Shown here piece after piece: positions 25,202-40,153 of a stretch of DNA of 64,000 bases. The stretch is taken from positions 40,734,001 to 40,798,000 of the forward strand of contig OZ024749.1 in NCBI GenBank assembly GCA_964016885.1, given 5' to 3'. How positions within the stretch are numbered: the stretch's first letter is position 1; every line of letters begins with the position of its first letter. Origin of the DNA: Eledone cirrhosa (lineage: Eukaryota). The position numbers and the translations under genes are program-made. The notes beneath the pieces were generated by a model. It was given only the letters and a program-made list of their open reading frames with translations, had not been told where the DNA came from and made no database searches.

Positions 25202-25797
25202 TACAAACATTGACACACATAACATCACCAGATTTATGTGAATATATTACGGTCAGACAATTATTTAACTTTTATTTGTCTTCGATTTGTTGTTGCTGGT
25301 GGTGGTGGTAGTGGTGGTGTTCGTTGAAGCTGCTATTACTGCTACTGCTACAGTTGCTAGTGTTATTTTTGTTGTTGCCGTAATTGTTGTTTACAATGTG
25401 GAGTAGGCGACGGTAATTTAATTACACTTATATTGTAGCCTATTTGTCCTGAAGAAGTTGCTGTTGAAAGGCACACATACACACACACAGACACACATAC
25501 ATAAGAGATAGACAGATACTTGGAGAAAGACACACACACACACAATAGATATACACACGGATATACAGAGACAGATACGTAGAGACTGAGACACAAATAC
25601 ATTATTCACTCAATATTACAGATAAACAATCCACCCACCAACCACCAAGCCAGCCCACTAGCAAACCTACAGGAGGATTTAGATACTTAGCACCTCAGGA
25701 ATCAAAGAGAAAGTAATCGGGTGAATAGCCTGCATACTTATATATATAAACACCAGCTTCTTTCTATCAATCCTATCGACACAGTAGCTGCTTTATA

Positions 25798-25843
<46 letters not shown>

Positions 25844-26348
25844 CAACAACAGCAGCAGCTTCGTTCTACCAATCCAGCTATTTATTTATCCTATCAACAC
25901 GGATGTTGATAATAATAATGATGCTGATGCTAACGATGATGATGATAGGTTGAAGATATATTTAGAAAACAGATTTTTTTTTGTAGAAAATAAATAAATT
26001 AATTAATAAAACACAACAAAGGGAGTGAAACACCATCAATATTTATCCAAATTAAGATTACAAAAAAAAAAAAAATTTGTTTTCAACATTATAAAAAACA
26101 AAAAAAAAGACTTCCTTCTTCTCTCTCTCTCTCTCTCTCGTTCTTAAAAGACATTGTGTTGATTTTTATTCAAGTTTACTCCTTCCTCCTCTTCTCTACT
26201 ACAACAACTACACTGACTTTTGAACACTATGTATAAGTAAATATACAAATATATATTTATTTATATTATATTAAAAGCTGAGTCATCGCGTGTTGCTACT
26301 CGGAGTTCTCATTACCGATCCTCATGCGACAATAATATACACACACAC

Positions 26349-26414
<66 letters not shown>

Positions 26415-26510
26415 TTTGCAAAACTGTTTTATATGTGTGGTTGGAAGTAAGCAGAAAGCAAGGTGTATGAGGAGGACAGTGAATTAAGGTGTGAATGTTA
26501 AAATTGTTAC

Positions 26511-26691
26511 CTGCCCAGAAGTAGTAGTAGCAGCAGTAGTAGTAGTAGTAGTAATAATAATACAACAGTGCTGCATACAGGTAATAAACTGGGGGTGTTT
26601 TTTGTTTATTTTTGTGACTAGAAGAAAAGGAGAATTGGAGAGGAAGGAGTAAGAAGAAAAAGTCCAGCAACACAAGCACAAGAAAAACAAC

Positions 26692-26726
<35 letters not shown>

Positions 26727-26800
26727 TATATATAAAATATACACAAACACGTATATAATCTTCATATCTATACATACACAAACACATATATAACTTCATA
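26511..26800 (-). other. Candidate WDR53 non-coding first exon
   Basis: Donor GGGCAG|GTAACA at 26511/26510, just divergent from the AMMECR1 start; 5' boundary is a guess. Confidence 0.3.
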
Positions 26801-26809
26801 TACATAAAA

Positions 26810-26878
26810 CGGCACTAACGCGGCATGGCGAGACTTAGCGAGACTTGGCGTGACTCCACCGGAGTCAAGATGGCGGCC
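26810..26878. promoter_or_regulatory. CpG-rich core promoter/5' region, probably bidirectional
   Basis: YY1-type CAAGATGGCGGC overlapping the ATG; GCGAGACTT direct repeat; TGACTCC-ACC-GGAGTCA palindrome at 26851-26867. Confidence 0.5.
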
Positions 26879-27081
26879 AGCTGTTGCGGGGTAAAGAAAC
26901 AAAAGCTCAACAACTCTATGCCGGCTATTTGCTGCAACGGATCGGCCGTTCATCCGAATCATTACAAAAATGGATACACAGTAGCAAGTGCAGATATGTG
27001 CTATTTTTGTTTTGATGTTCTGCACAGCCATTTGTACAACTATGATCCGCCCAAAAGCCCGTCTTTCACCAACGACCCTTA
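26870..27081 (+). CDS. AMMECR1: AMMECR1 family protein, first coding exon
   Basis: MAASCCGVKKQKL...VASADMCYFCFDVLHSHLYNYDPPKSPSFTNDP(Y) matches recalled human MAAGCCGVKKQKL...[33 protein letters not shown]; ends TA|GTAAGT (phase 2); an in-frame upstream ATG lies at 26825. Confidence 0.95.
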
Positions 27082-29294
27082 GTAAGTATGAAGCCCCTTC
27101 AAGATTACTTTTTTTCTTTTTTTTTAGATGGAGGGAGGGCTTCGTCAAAAGGGAAGAATTTTTCTATATTAAAAAAAAATTCATCTTTCCTATTGTATTT
27201 TATTAATGTGCATCAACAATATATATATGTATATGTTTATATACATATAGCTTCCTTTCAAAACACTCTGGAAGAGAAAAACATTTTTTTCTTCACAAAA
27301 ATAAACAAGGTTTTTTCATTTTGATTTTTAACAAATGATTATTAATATTTAATATTTTTTCTCCATCTAAAAAAAATTTAGTCATTTTGATTTATTATTA
27401 TTGTTATTATCGTCATAAAGCTTGTTTATTCCTGTCGGGAGGTTGACTTTGACTTTCCCTTTCGGTGGGGGTCGATGAAAATAAAGTACCACCATCGTTC
27501 ATATAGTGGTGATAGTGATGATGGTGGTGGTTACGGGGACACTTAATTCATTATAGGCATTATAACCCTTGCCCCACCTCCATCAAAAAGGTTTTGAGGG
27601 GTTCTTTCTGCCTAAATAATAATAATTGTTTCTACTTTTGGCACAAGGCCAGCAATTACCCCAGTGCATTACTGGTACTTTACTTTATGCCTAAATAATA
27701 ATGATGATTATTATTATTTAAACGAAACAGTAATGGCAACAATCAATCCCGATCTTGGAGGGCCTGTGAAGTGAAGGGCCACGGTCTCTTTTCCTTTCCT
27801 CTCCAGATCGATCGGGTATCGATATATAGAAAGAAATAAAATACCAGCCAAAAACTTATATCGATTCAATCGAATTTGAAGTCCGAATGTCTATGTTTAA
27901 AAAATGTTATTTCCCCTCTCCCCAAATTGCTGGTTTTGTACCTCAATCAGAAACCATTATTATTATTTTATTACTCAGAATGGTTATTTACGTTCTCAGT
28001 TCAAATCCCACCGAGGTTTACCTTTCATCCTTACGGGGTCGATAAAATAAAGTACCAGTAATGCATTGAAATGGACTTAATTGACTTTCCCCCTCTCCTC
28101 AAATTGCTGACCATGTCCAAAAGTAGAAACAATTAGTATGAGGGCTTTCTTCTTTTGCTCTACTTTTAGTTTTACTCCTCCTTTGAGCTCTTAAGTTAAA
28201 ATTAATTGCTTCTAACTGCTTGGAATGAATGAAGCTCACCTGTGTCTTTGTCCTCTTTTCACTCTACAACGTTTACTAAAGTAATTAAGTAACTATTTAC
28301 ACACTAATATTGATTTAATTAATTAATTACAACCCCACCCATCCCATCCCGCACACACATTCAGTCATCCCAGCCTAGTCATGGAAAAGATTTCATCTTG
28401 AGAGAAAAAAAACTTATTAAAAAATCAATTTAAACCCTTTCGTTTCTATATTTCTAATGAAAATAATTAAGAATTTGAAGAAGGGATTTAGTAAAATAAC
28501 TAATTTCCTCATTATTTATATTGTGGTTTAAACATAACTTAAAGATTTTTTGCATAAAACTTATAAAGGAGTTTTTAATAAATCTAAATACGTTAACCCT
28601 TTCTTTACCATATTTCTAATGAAAGACACTGCCTATGATTTTCAAAATAATCGAGAATTTGCAGGAGTTTAGTAATGTAACTAACTTTCTCTTTAGGTTA
28701 GTTAGTATTCAGGACTATGATGGAGGAAACTTTAAAAAAAACAGTTTTGTATCCCGCAGTTTGGTGTCAAAATAATTTGTTATTTTTATTTCAAGACAAG
28801 AAGAGAAAAGAAAATCATGAGCCACGTTGTTGTTAAAAAGTTCAAGCAACTTTACCAAGAACAATGTGAAAGAACCTCTGCATTGTTTGTGTGTTTATGC
28901 CTGTGTTTGCTTGTATGTTCATATGTGTGTGTCTGTATGTGTATGTTATAAGCTTCTTTGTCCAACAAGTAGACAAGTTGTTACGTCCCTTTGTATTATT
29001 CCCAGTTGAGATTAGAAATACCTTAAAATGACTAAGTATAGCTACCTTTTCAATTCGTCTCCTTAGGCCAATTAAAAGAAATGAAGTACCTGTTAAATAC
29101 TGGGGACAGGATACGGACACAAGAGGGTGGGAAGGATCGATTTAATTGATTTTTATTCATCTTCCCAAAAATGTGTAAGACTTGGTGTTATTTATCTTAG
29201 AAATTACTATTGTGCTGTTTTGATTTTGTTATTTATTGTCTTTATTTATATACTGTATGTGTGTATATAGATAAGTGTATATACATCTACATAA

Positions 29295-29329
<35 letters not shown>

Positions 29330-29432
29330 ATGTAATTTATCGGGTTTTCTTCCTCCCTAATTTAAATAATTTTGCTGATACTGATTTTTGTTATATTTAT
29401 TTTTAATTGTTTCCTCTCTCAATCCTCCTGTA

Positions 29433-29468
<36 letters not shown>

Positions 29469-29697
29469 CACTGTCCCAGTTTTAACCTAGATTTATATCA
29501 AATTGCTGTATAAATATTTATTCGTTTGTGTGTGTGTGTGTTTATAATTAATACATACATGTATTACACACACACACACAGACACATAAATTATGAATCC
29601 AATTTCTTGTAATGGATATTTTTCAGCTAGTTTCTAATGTTTGCTAAATTATATATGTATAGTTTTACTGTTATTGTTTACACATGTTATTGTAGTT

Positions 29698-29757
<60 letters not shown>

Positions 29758-30009
29758 AGAGATATCAATCATCATTTTTATATCCACTTTCCAATGCTGG
29801 CATGGGTTGGACAGCTGCTTTGTATTCAGTATAGACTAGGACAGGACACCAGAGGTAGCATTAAGATGGACACCTAATATAGAATAGTTGAAGGTGAACT
29901 GAGAGAAATGTATCTTACATGGGGCAAGGCACAAATAGTTGCTAAGGACAGGTGTGAATAATGTTGAAACATTCAACCCTTATCTCTCAATCAAACGGGC
30001 TTGCATTAA

Positions 30010-30315
30010 CCCTTTTGATACACACCAAGCCAAAACCATCTCTGATTCCATGAAAGAAAACTAGCCATTTTCAAGGGATCTTATTTAATACTTTTTATAC
30101 CAACCCAGCCAAAACCAGCTGTGACTCAATGAAACAAAACCACAAATTTTACAGAGTTCCTGTTTAAATTAAAATTTTCCAACATAGTTTTATATAAGAA
30201 CCATATATTAAGTTACTTAGTAATAAAAGATTAATAAATTTACTAAATCCCTAAATATTCTCCGTTAACTAATTTAAATGAGTGTGTTTCTTTGGAAATA
30301 CTGTTGCGTGAGGGT
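30010..30315. mobile_element. TTAA-flanked piggyBac-type MITE (CCCTT termini)
   Basis: TTAACCCTTTTGATAC ... GAGGGTTAA; relatives at 28430-28770, 43740-43995, 51018-51265 and 59330-59535. Confidence 0.65.
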
Positions 30316-30613
30316 TAATAATGGTAGTATATAAATAGTTATAACCTTTATCTGTATACAAACAAAAAGGGAGTGTGTGGCCTCTGAAAAGAGTCCCAGC
30401 AAACACAAAAGTAGGTCAGGCTAATCTCCCTTTCCACAGAGAAATCAAAATATAAGCCATTTATATTTTCATTTGTCTTGTATATCTACAGTGACAGTTA
30501 AAACAGTACTACTGCCTTAATGGGGGACCTTAATCATTACATTCTCATTTATTGCTAAAATAGGCTGCTTAGTACTTCAAAGATAAATATTTATATATAC
30601 ACACACACATATA

Positions 30614-30695
30614 CAGGGTGTCCCCAAAAATGTATACACACTTATTTCAACAGCATTCTAATAAATGTGTGTATGCATTTTTAGAGGACACCCTG
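30614..30695. mobile_element. 82-bp hairpin Tc1/mariner MITE
   Basis: CAGGGTGTCCCCAAAAATGTATACACAC / GTGTGTATGCATTTTTAGAGGACACCCTG; relative at 6063-6136. Confidence 0.75.
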
Positions 30696-32870
30696 TGTAT
30701 CTATACACACCCCCACACACACACATATATATATACATACACACACACACCACACACATGAATGTGTTCGTATGGTACTTGTGTAAATATGTTTATAATT
30801 AGTTAACTCTAAAATGGGTATATGAGGTATGTAGGAGGGAAGCTGAGTTATTTCCCTTGGTGTATTGGGGAATTACAGTAATTTCAGCGTTTAGAATATT
30901 GAACTTGAAAGGAAGTACTTGCTCTTTCTCACTCACTCTCTATCTATATATATAATTTGTATGAAGGTTTATTTGTCTGGTTGTTAGTATCTTCATCTTA
31001 TATATAAATATATATGCACGTTCATGAGCATATATATATACACGCACATACATACACACACGCTAATAGCTTTGATTCTTCTATCCTATTATAGTTAAAC
31101 AATATATATATATATACCGCTGCCCAAGCCTGGCCTCAGTCCATCAGCTGGGACTTTCTCTCTCTCATATATGTATATATAATCATAAGGATAGCAAGAC
31201 TGATGTTTATTATAAACATATCGTATATGCTTTCATACACACCCTTACGATGAACCACTTCTAATAGATTAGTGTGTATGTGTAGATATAACACAGCACA
31301 TTTATATGGCTGATATATAAACAAAGAGCTCTCCTCTATTCTGTAATAGTAGCAGCAGTAGTAGTGGTAGTGGTGGTTAAAAAATAGTGGTATAATGTTA
31401 TCTGTGTACACGAGATAGAGTACAAGTAGAGGAGGGGGTGGTGGCATGGATTTAGTAGATTGTAGCTGAGACAACTAGATTCCAGAGGAAGGAAGGAAGG
31501 AAATGGGAGGTAGGAGCTCTATGGTACGGCGTTGAGACCCACCACACACTATGAATCACTCACACAGACACATACAAGTGTGGGAACAAACGAGAGTAAG
31601 GAGCAATCATCACATAATGTGGAAGCTGAGAATATATTTATTTATATTAACAGTTTGACTTTTGCTTTTGCATGCATTACCAAATGGTTTCATGTTTGTA
31701 ATTAACGTCCAACTCCTTCAAATGTTATCATATATATATGTATATAGTATAATGTATATATATAGTATAATGTATATATATAGTATAATGTATATATATA
31801 TAGTATAATGCATATATATATAGTATAATGTATATATATAGTGTAATGTATATATATAGTATAATGTATATATATAGTATAATGTATATATATAGTGTAA
31901 TGTATATATATAGTATAATGTATATATATAGTATAATGTATATATATAGTATAATGTATATATATAGTATAATGTATATATATAGTATAATGTATATATA
32001 TAGTATAATGTATATATATAGTATAATGTATATATATAGTATAATGTATATATATATAGTATAATGCATATATATATAGTATAATGCATATATATATAGT
32101 ATAATGTATATATATAGTGTAATGTATATATATAGTATAATGTATATATATAGTATAATGTATATATATAGTATAATGTATATATATAGTGTAATGTATA
32201 TATATATAGTATAATGTATGTATATATATAGTATAATGTATGTATATATATAGTATAATGTATATATATATATAGTATAATGTATATATATATATATAGT
32301 ATAATGTATATATATATATATAGTATAATGTATATATATATAGTATAATATATATATATATATAGTATAATATATATATATAAATAGTATAATGTATATA
32401 TATATATATATAGTATAATGTATATATATAGTGTAATGTATATAGTATAATGTATATATATAGTATAATGTATATATATAGTATAATGTATATATATAGT
32501 GTAATGTATATATATAGTGTAATGTATATATATATAGTATAATGTATATAGTATAATTAATGTATATATATATAGTATAATGTATGTATATATATAGTAT
32601 AATGTATGTATATATATAGTATAATGTATATATATATATAGTATGTATGTATATATATATATAGTATGTATGTATATATATATATAAAGTATAATGTATA
32701 TATATATATAGTATAATGTATATATATATATAGTATAATGTATATATATATATAGTATAATGTATATATATATATAGTATAATGTATATATATATATAGT
32801 ATAATGTATATATATATATAGTATAATGTATATATATATATAGTATAATGTATATATATATATAGTATAA

Positions 32871-34724
32871 TCATCATCATCATTTTACGTCCGCTTTTCC
32901 CTGCTTGCAAGGGTGGGACGGGTCTTATTCAGCACAGCATCTCTCCACTCGTCACGGTCCCTCGTCATCTCCACCGTGAGCTTCAATGATCTGAGGTCTG
33001 TTCTCACCACCTCCGCCCATGTTTTTCGTGGTCTACCTCTACCACGTCTTCCTTCAACTGGCATTTCCTGGCACTTCTTCACCCATCGGTCATCCTCCAT
33101 GCGCATCACATGTCCATACCACCTCAGTCTCCTCTCCCGTACACTACATTCTATCCCTCTCAGACACAGTTTCTCTCTCAACACATTTATGCTGGGTCGT
33201 TCACGCACATTTACACTGCACATCCAACGGAGCATGCTTGCCTCATTTCTCTCCAGCCGTCGCATATCTTCTGCGGTAGCTGCCCATGTCTCACTACCAT
33301 GCAGCATCGCGCTCCTCACACAGGCATCATACAACCGGCCTTTCGTACGCAGGGAGAAACCCTTCTTCGTCAACAGAGGAAGCAGCTCCCTAAACTTCTT
33401 CCAACCCGTCCTTATTCTAGATACTATGGCCTCGGAACACCCTCCTCCCATGCTAATCTGATCTCCTAGGTACCGGAAGCTATCCACCACTTCTATAGCG
33501 CCCTCTCGCATTTGAAAAATGTGTCTATCAGTGCGACTTCTACTGTCTAATTTCCCTGTACATCTACTGCATACATATTTCTCCCTACCTGTTAGTTTGC
33601 CTGCTATCCCGCTACATCTCTTGTGTACCCAGGACCTACATTGTGTGCATTTTATAGAATTTATGCCAGTTCCTTTTCTGCATATCGAACATGGCCATTT
33701 CCCTGACGGAATCAGGGTTTTGTCCTCTTTTCTACTCATCAACACTTTTGTCTTAGCTAGATTCACTCTCAGTCCTCTTGCTTCCAACTGCTGTTTCCAT
33801 AGCCGGAATTTATTCTCTAGCTCCTCTACTGATTCTGCCATAAGAGCCAGATCGTCAGCATAGAGAAGTTCCCATGGACAGCCAGTCTTAAACTCCTCTG
33901 TTATGGCTTGGAGGACTATAATGAACAAGAGCGGGCTGAGGACCGAACCCTGATGTACTCCTACTTGTATCTGGAATTCCTCACTAAACTCCATTCCTAC
34001 CCTGACTTTACTGAGAGTACCTCTGTACAAAGTTTGCACTGTCCTTACAAGCCATTCCTCAACACCCAGCTTCCTTAGGGACCACCAGATGACAGATCGG
34101 GGTACCCTATCAAAGGCCTTCTCTAGGTCAACAAAGGCTAAGTATAGTGGCTTATTCTTCTCTAAGAACCTCTCTTGCATTTGTCTCACCAAGAAGAGGG
34201 CATCTGTTGTACTCTTCCCAGGCACAAAACCAAACTGCATCTCATCTAGTTTGACCCTTTCTCTAATTAGTTGTGCTAGAATCCTTTCTGCCACTTTCAT
34301 AACCTGATCTATCAGTTTTATACCCCTATAATTGCTCCTCTCCAAAGCATCCCCTTTACCTTTGTAGCAATTTATGAGAATACTGCTGCACCAGTCTTTG
34401 GGTATGACACCACCATATATAGCCTGATTGATTATGCGTGCAACCAGTTTAGTGCCTACGTCCCCTGATGCCTTCAGCATCTCAGCAACTATTCCCGATG
34501 GTCCGGCCGCCTTACCATTTTTCATTTCCCTAATCGCCTCTTGGACCCTATATTCGTCAATCTCAATAGCTGGTCCCTCTGTCGGATCTACCAAGGGTAA
34601 TTTCTCTCTCTCCCATTCGTTCTCCACATTCATCAGTCTCTCATAATGACATTTCCAGGCCTCCTTTTTCTGGTCATTCGTGACACTAAGTACACCGGCA
34701 TCATCCCGGACACATTTATCACCA
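32871..34724 (-). mobile_element. Young 5'-truncated RTE-clade non-LTR retrotransposon
   Basis: Uninterrupted ORF, 3' hairpin CCCTTGCAAGCAGGG, (TGA)n tail, AGTATAA(T) on both flanks as a likely TSD. Confidence 0.95.
32885..34723 (-). CDS. RTE ORF2 fragment (~612 aa): reverse transcriptase with PHD-like finger; endonuclease domain and start codon lost
   Basis: [46 protein letters not shown] (YADD at 33851-33862), [23 protein letters not shown]. Confidence 0.9.
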   Translation of the reverse strand, partial: GDKCVRDDAGVLSVTNDQKKEAWKCHYERLMNVENEWEREKLPLVDPTEGPAIEIDEYRVQEAIREMKNGKAAGPSGIVAEMLKASGDVGTKLVARIINQAIYGGVIPKDWCSSILINCYKGKGDALERSNYRGIKLIDQVMKVAERILAQLIRERVKLDEMQFGFVPGKSTTDALFLVRQMQERFLEKNKPLYLAFVDLEKAFDRVPRSVIWWSLRKLGVEEWLVRTVQTLYRGTLSKVRVGMEFSEEFQIQVGVHQGSVLSPLLFIIVLQAITEEFKTGCPWELLYADDLALMAESVEELENKFRLWKQQLEARGLRVNLAKTKVLMSRKEDKTLIPSGKWPCSICRKGTGINSIKCTQCRSWVHKRCSGIAGKLTGREKYVCSRCTGKLDSRSRTDRHIFQMREGAIEVVDSFRYLGDQISMGGGCSEAIVSRIRTGWKKFRELLPLLTKKGFSLRTKGRLYDACVRSAMLHGSETWAATAEDMRRLERNEASMLRWMCSVNVRERPSINVLREKLCLRGIECSVRERRLRWYGHVMRMEDDRWVKKCQEMPVEGRRGRGRPRKTWAEVVRTDLRSLKLTVEMTRDRDEWRDAVLNKTRPTLASREKRT

Positions 34725-35606
34725 AGTATAATGTATATATATATATAGTATAATGTATATATATATATATAGTATAATGTATATATATATATAGTATAAT
34801 GTATATATATATATAGTATAATGTATATATATATAGTATAATGTATATATATATAGTATAATGTATATATATATAGTATAATGTATATATATATATATAT
34901 ATATAGTATAATGTATATATATAGTATAATGTATATATATATATATAGTATAATGTATATATATATATATAGTATAATGTATATATATATATATAGTATA
35001 ATGTATATATATATATATAGTATAATGTATATATATATATAGTATAATGTATATATATAGTATAATGTATATATATAGTATAATGTATATATATATATAT
35101 ATAGTATAATGTATATATATATATATATAGTATAATGTATATATATATATAGTATAATGTATATATATATATAGTATAATGTATATATATATATATAGTA
35201 TAATGTATATATATATATATAGTATAATGTATATATATATATATATAGTATAATGTATATATATATATATAGTATAATGTATATATATATATATATAGTA
35301 TAATGTATATATATATATATATATATAGTATAATATATATATATATATATATATATAGTATAATGTATATATATATATATATATATAGTATGTGTATATA
35401 TATATATATATATATAGTATAATGTATATATATATATATATAGTATAATGTATATATATATATATATATAGTATAATGTATATATATATATATATATATA
35501 TAGTATGTGTATATATATATATAGTATAATGTATATATATATATATATAGTATAATGTATATATATATATATATAGTATAATGTATATATATATATATAT
35601 AGTATA

Positions 35607-35640
<34 letters not shown>

Positions 35641-35825
35641 TGTGTATATATATATATATATATAGTATAATGTATATATATATATATATAGTATAATGTA
35701 TATATATATATATATAGTATAATGTATATATATATATATAGTATAATGTATATATATATATATAGTATAATGTATATATATATATATATATAGTATAATG
35801 TATATATATATATATATATAGTATA

Positions 35826-35861
<36 letters not shown>

Positions 35862-35871
35862 TATATATATA

Positions 35872-35909
<38 letters not shown>

Positions 35910-35931
35910 TATATATATATATATATATATA

Positions 35932-35969
<38 letters not shown>

Positions 35970-35979
35970 TATATATATA

Positions 35980-36019
<40 letters not shown>

Positions 36020-36219
36020 TATACTATATATATATATATATATACATTATACTATATATATATATATATACATTATACTATATATATATATATATATATA
36101 TATAGTATATATATATATATATATAGTATATATATATATATATATAGTATATATATATATATATATATATATAGTATATATATATATATATATATATATA
36201 GTGTATATATATATATATA

Positions 36220-36253
<34 letters not shown>

Positions 36254-36303
36254 TATATATATATATATATATATATATTGTATATATATATATATATATA
36301 TAG

Positions 36304-36334
<31 letters not shown>

Positions 36335-36483
36335 TATATATATATATAGTATATATATATATATATATATATAGTATATATATATATATAGTATATATAT
36401 ATATATATAGTATATATATATATAGTATATATATATATATATAGTATATATATATATATATATAGTATATATATATATATATA

Positions 36484-36561
<78 letters not shown>

Positions 36562-36786
36562 GTATATATATATATATAGTATATATATATATATATATAG
36601 TATATATATATATAGTATATATATATATATATAGTATATATATATATATATATAGTATATATATATATATATATAGTATATATATATATATATAGTATAT
36701 ATATATATATATATAGTATATATATATATATATATATATATAGTATATATATATATATATATATATAGTATATATATATATATATA

Positions 36787-36828
<42 letters not shown>

Positions 36829-36852
36829 TATATATATATATATATATATATA

Positions 36853-37173
<321 letters not shown>

Positions 37174-38990
37174 GTATATATATATATATAGTATAATGTA
37201 TATATATATATATAGTATAATGTATATATATATATATAGTATAATGTATATATATATATATAGTATAATGTATATATATATATATAGTATAATGTATATA
37301 TATATATATAGTATAATGTATATATATATATATAGTATAATGTATATATATATATATAGTATAATGTATATATATATATATAGTATAATGTATATATATA
37401 TATATAGTATAATGTATATATATATATATAGTATAATGTATATATATATATATATAGTATAATGTATATATATATATATAGTATAATGTATATATATATA
37501 TATAGTATAATGTATATATATATATATAGTATAATGTATATATATATATATAGTATAATGTATATATATATATATAGTATAATGTATATATATATATATA
37601 GTATAATGTATATATATATATATAGTATAATGTATATATATATATATAGTATAATGTATGTATATATATAGTATAATGTGTATATATATAGTATAATGTA
37701 TATATATATAGTATAATGTATATATATATAGTATAATGTATATATATATAGTATAATGTATATATATATAGTATAATGTATATATATAGTATAATGTATA
37801 TATATATAGTATAATGTATATATATATAGTATAATGTATATATATATAGTATAATGTATATATATATAGTATAATGTATATATATATAGTATAATGTATA
37901 TATATATAGTATAATGTATATATATATAGTATAATGTATATATATATAGTATAATGTGTATATATATAGTATAATGTATGTATATATATAGTATAATGTA
38001 TATATATATATATATAGTATAATGTATATATATATATATAGTATAATGTATATATATATATAGTATAATGTATATATATATATAGTATAATGTGTATGTA
38101 TATAGTATAATTTATATATATATACACACACACATATCTATAATGTGTGTGTGTGCTATCATGTGTGATATGGGATGAAACCTCCATACTGCCTGGTTGC
38201 TAGGTGCACTGGCTCACTTTCATACACTAACATTGAGCACATCTCTGAGAATGTGTCATTGTATGGATAGATAGTTATGTATGGCTGTATGTGTGTCCTT
38301 ATGGATATATGTATGTGTTTGTGAGAACTTACACACACACACACACACACACAGTCTGTGGTATGGTTTTCTGCAGACTTATGTCTAATTATATATTTGT
38401 GTATCCGCCCCTTCTGTTCCCTCCACCATGCCAATATGCCACCACACCCCACCACCACTCATCTTGGCCCTCTCCTTTTCTGTGTTTCCCACGTAGCCTC
38501 TCTCTCTTTCCTTGATTTCTATCACTGCTGTTTAATTAAAGATCCGTAAATAGGGGTATCTTAGCCTTGTATGTACCCACCAATCTAATGGATCTACCTT
38601 CATGCAACCATACACACCCCACTCTTCGAAGCCACCTCCACGACTCAACGCCTGCTCGCTCCCTCTCTCTCGCTCTCTCTCTCTCTCCCTCTGAATGATG
38701 ACTTTCAATAAGCAACATGTAGCTGTCATGATTATTACAATGCCTCTTCTGCCTTGCACGCAACTATCCCTTTCCCCCTCTCCCTGCCTCTCACTACCCC
38801 TTTATTACTGGTTCTGGTGCTACGATAAAAGGCACCCAGTCGACACTGTTTAGTGTTGGGGACCAAGATAAAATGCACCCACCACTTACTGTAAGGTGAC
38901 AGTGTTGGTGCCATGATGAAATGCAACTCAGTACATTGCGTAAAGTGGTTGGCATTAGGAAGGACATCCAGTCATAGAAACCATACCGAA

Positions 38991-39340
38991 ATATGGAACA
39001 TACAAGCTATGATTTAGGTGTATATATAAATTAGTAAATATACCATTATATTCCACATTTAACACCTGTTTTTCCTTGCTAGCAAGGGTTGGACATATGG
39101 AACATACAAGCAATGATTTAGGTGTATATATAAATTAGTAAATATACCATTATATTCCACATTTAACACCTGTTTTTCCTTGCTAGCAAGGGTTGGACAT
39201 ATGGAACATACTAGCTATGATTTAGGTGTATATATAAATTAGTAAATATACCATTATATTCCTCATTTAACACCTGTTTTTCCTTGCTAGCAAGGGTTGG
39301 ACATATGGAACATACTAGCTATGATTTAGGTGTATATATA
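38991..39340. repeat. 104-bp tandem repeat (~3.3 near-identical copies) containing an RTE 3' terminus
   Basis: ATATGGAACATAC at 38991, 39095, 39199 and 39303. Confidence 0.9.
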
Positions 39341-39391
39341 CATATATTCAATGTTTTGAAATCTTTGCAGATGGCAGTTGTGTGTATGTAC

Positions 39392-39432
<41 letters not shown>

Positions 39433-39739
39433 CTCTTACTCCACCCTGCCCTGCCCACCCCCACGTTTATCCCCCCTCAGGGCCACAGCTATCAATCACC
39501 GGCACCACTTCTGCTCTACAGATGAACTCAGTGCATCTGTTCTATAGCTCAAGATGACCTAGTTCCGTTTGTCTACCTGTCTGTTTGTGTTGGAGGAAGG
39601 TTGGGGGGGGGGGGGGTAGATCTGCAGATTGAGGGCGGGGATGGGGGGGGGGGGTAGTTGCTATGGTATATATAATATTTGTACACACGCATATACACTT
39701 GTGCTTATTCTAATACACAATTCATGCACGTATATTTGT

Positions 39740-39750
39740 GTGTGTGTATA

Positions 39751-39798
<48 letters not shown>

Positions 39799-40038
39799 TG
39801 TATTTATATATGTATATGTATTTATATATGTATATGTATTTATATATGTATATATATTTATATATATGTATATGTATTTATGTATATATATATATATATG
39901 TATATATATATTTATATATGTATATGTATTTATATATGTATATGTATTTATATATATATATGTATTTATATATGTATATGTATTTATATATATATATGTA
40001 TTTATATATGTATATATATATGTATATGTATATATATG

Positions 40039-40085
<47 letters not shown>

Positions 40086-40122
40086 GTATATGTATTTATA
40101 TATGTATATGTATTTATATATG

Positions 40123-40153
<31 letters not shown>

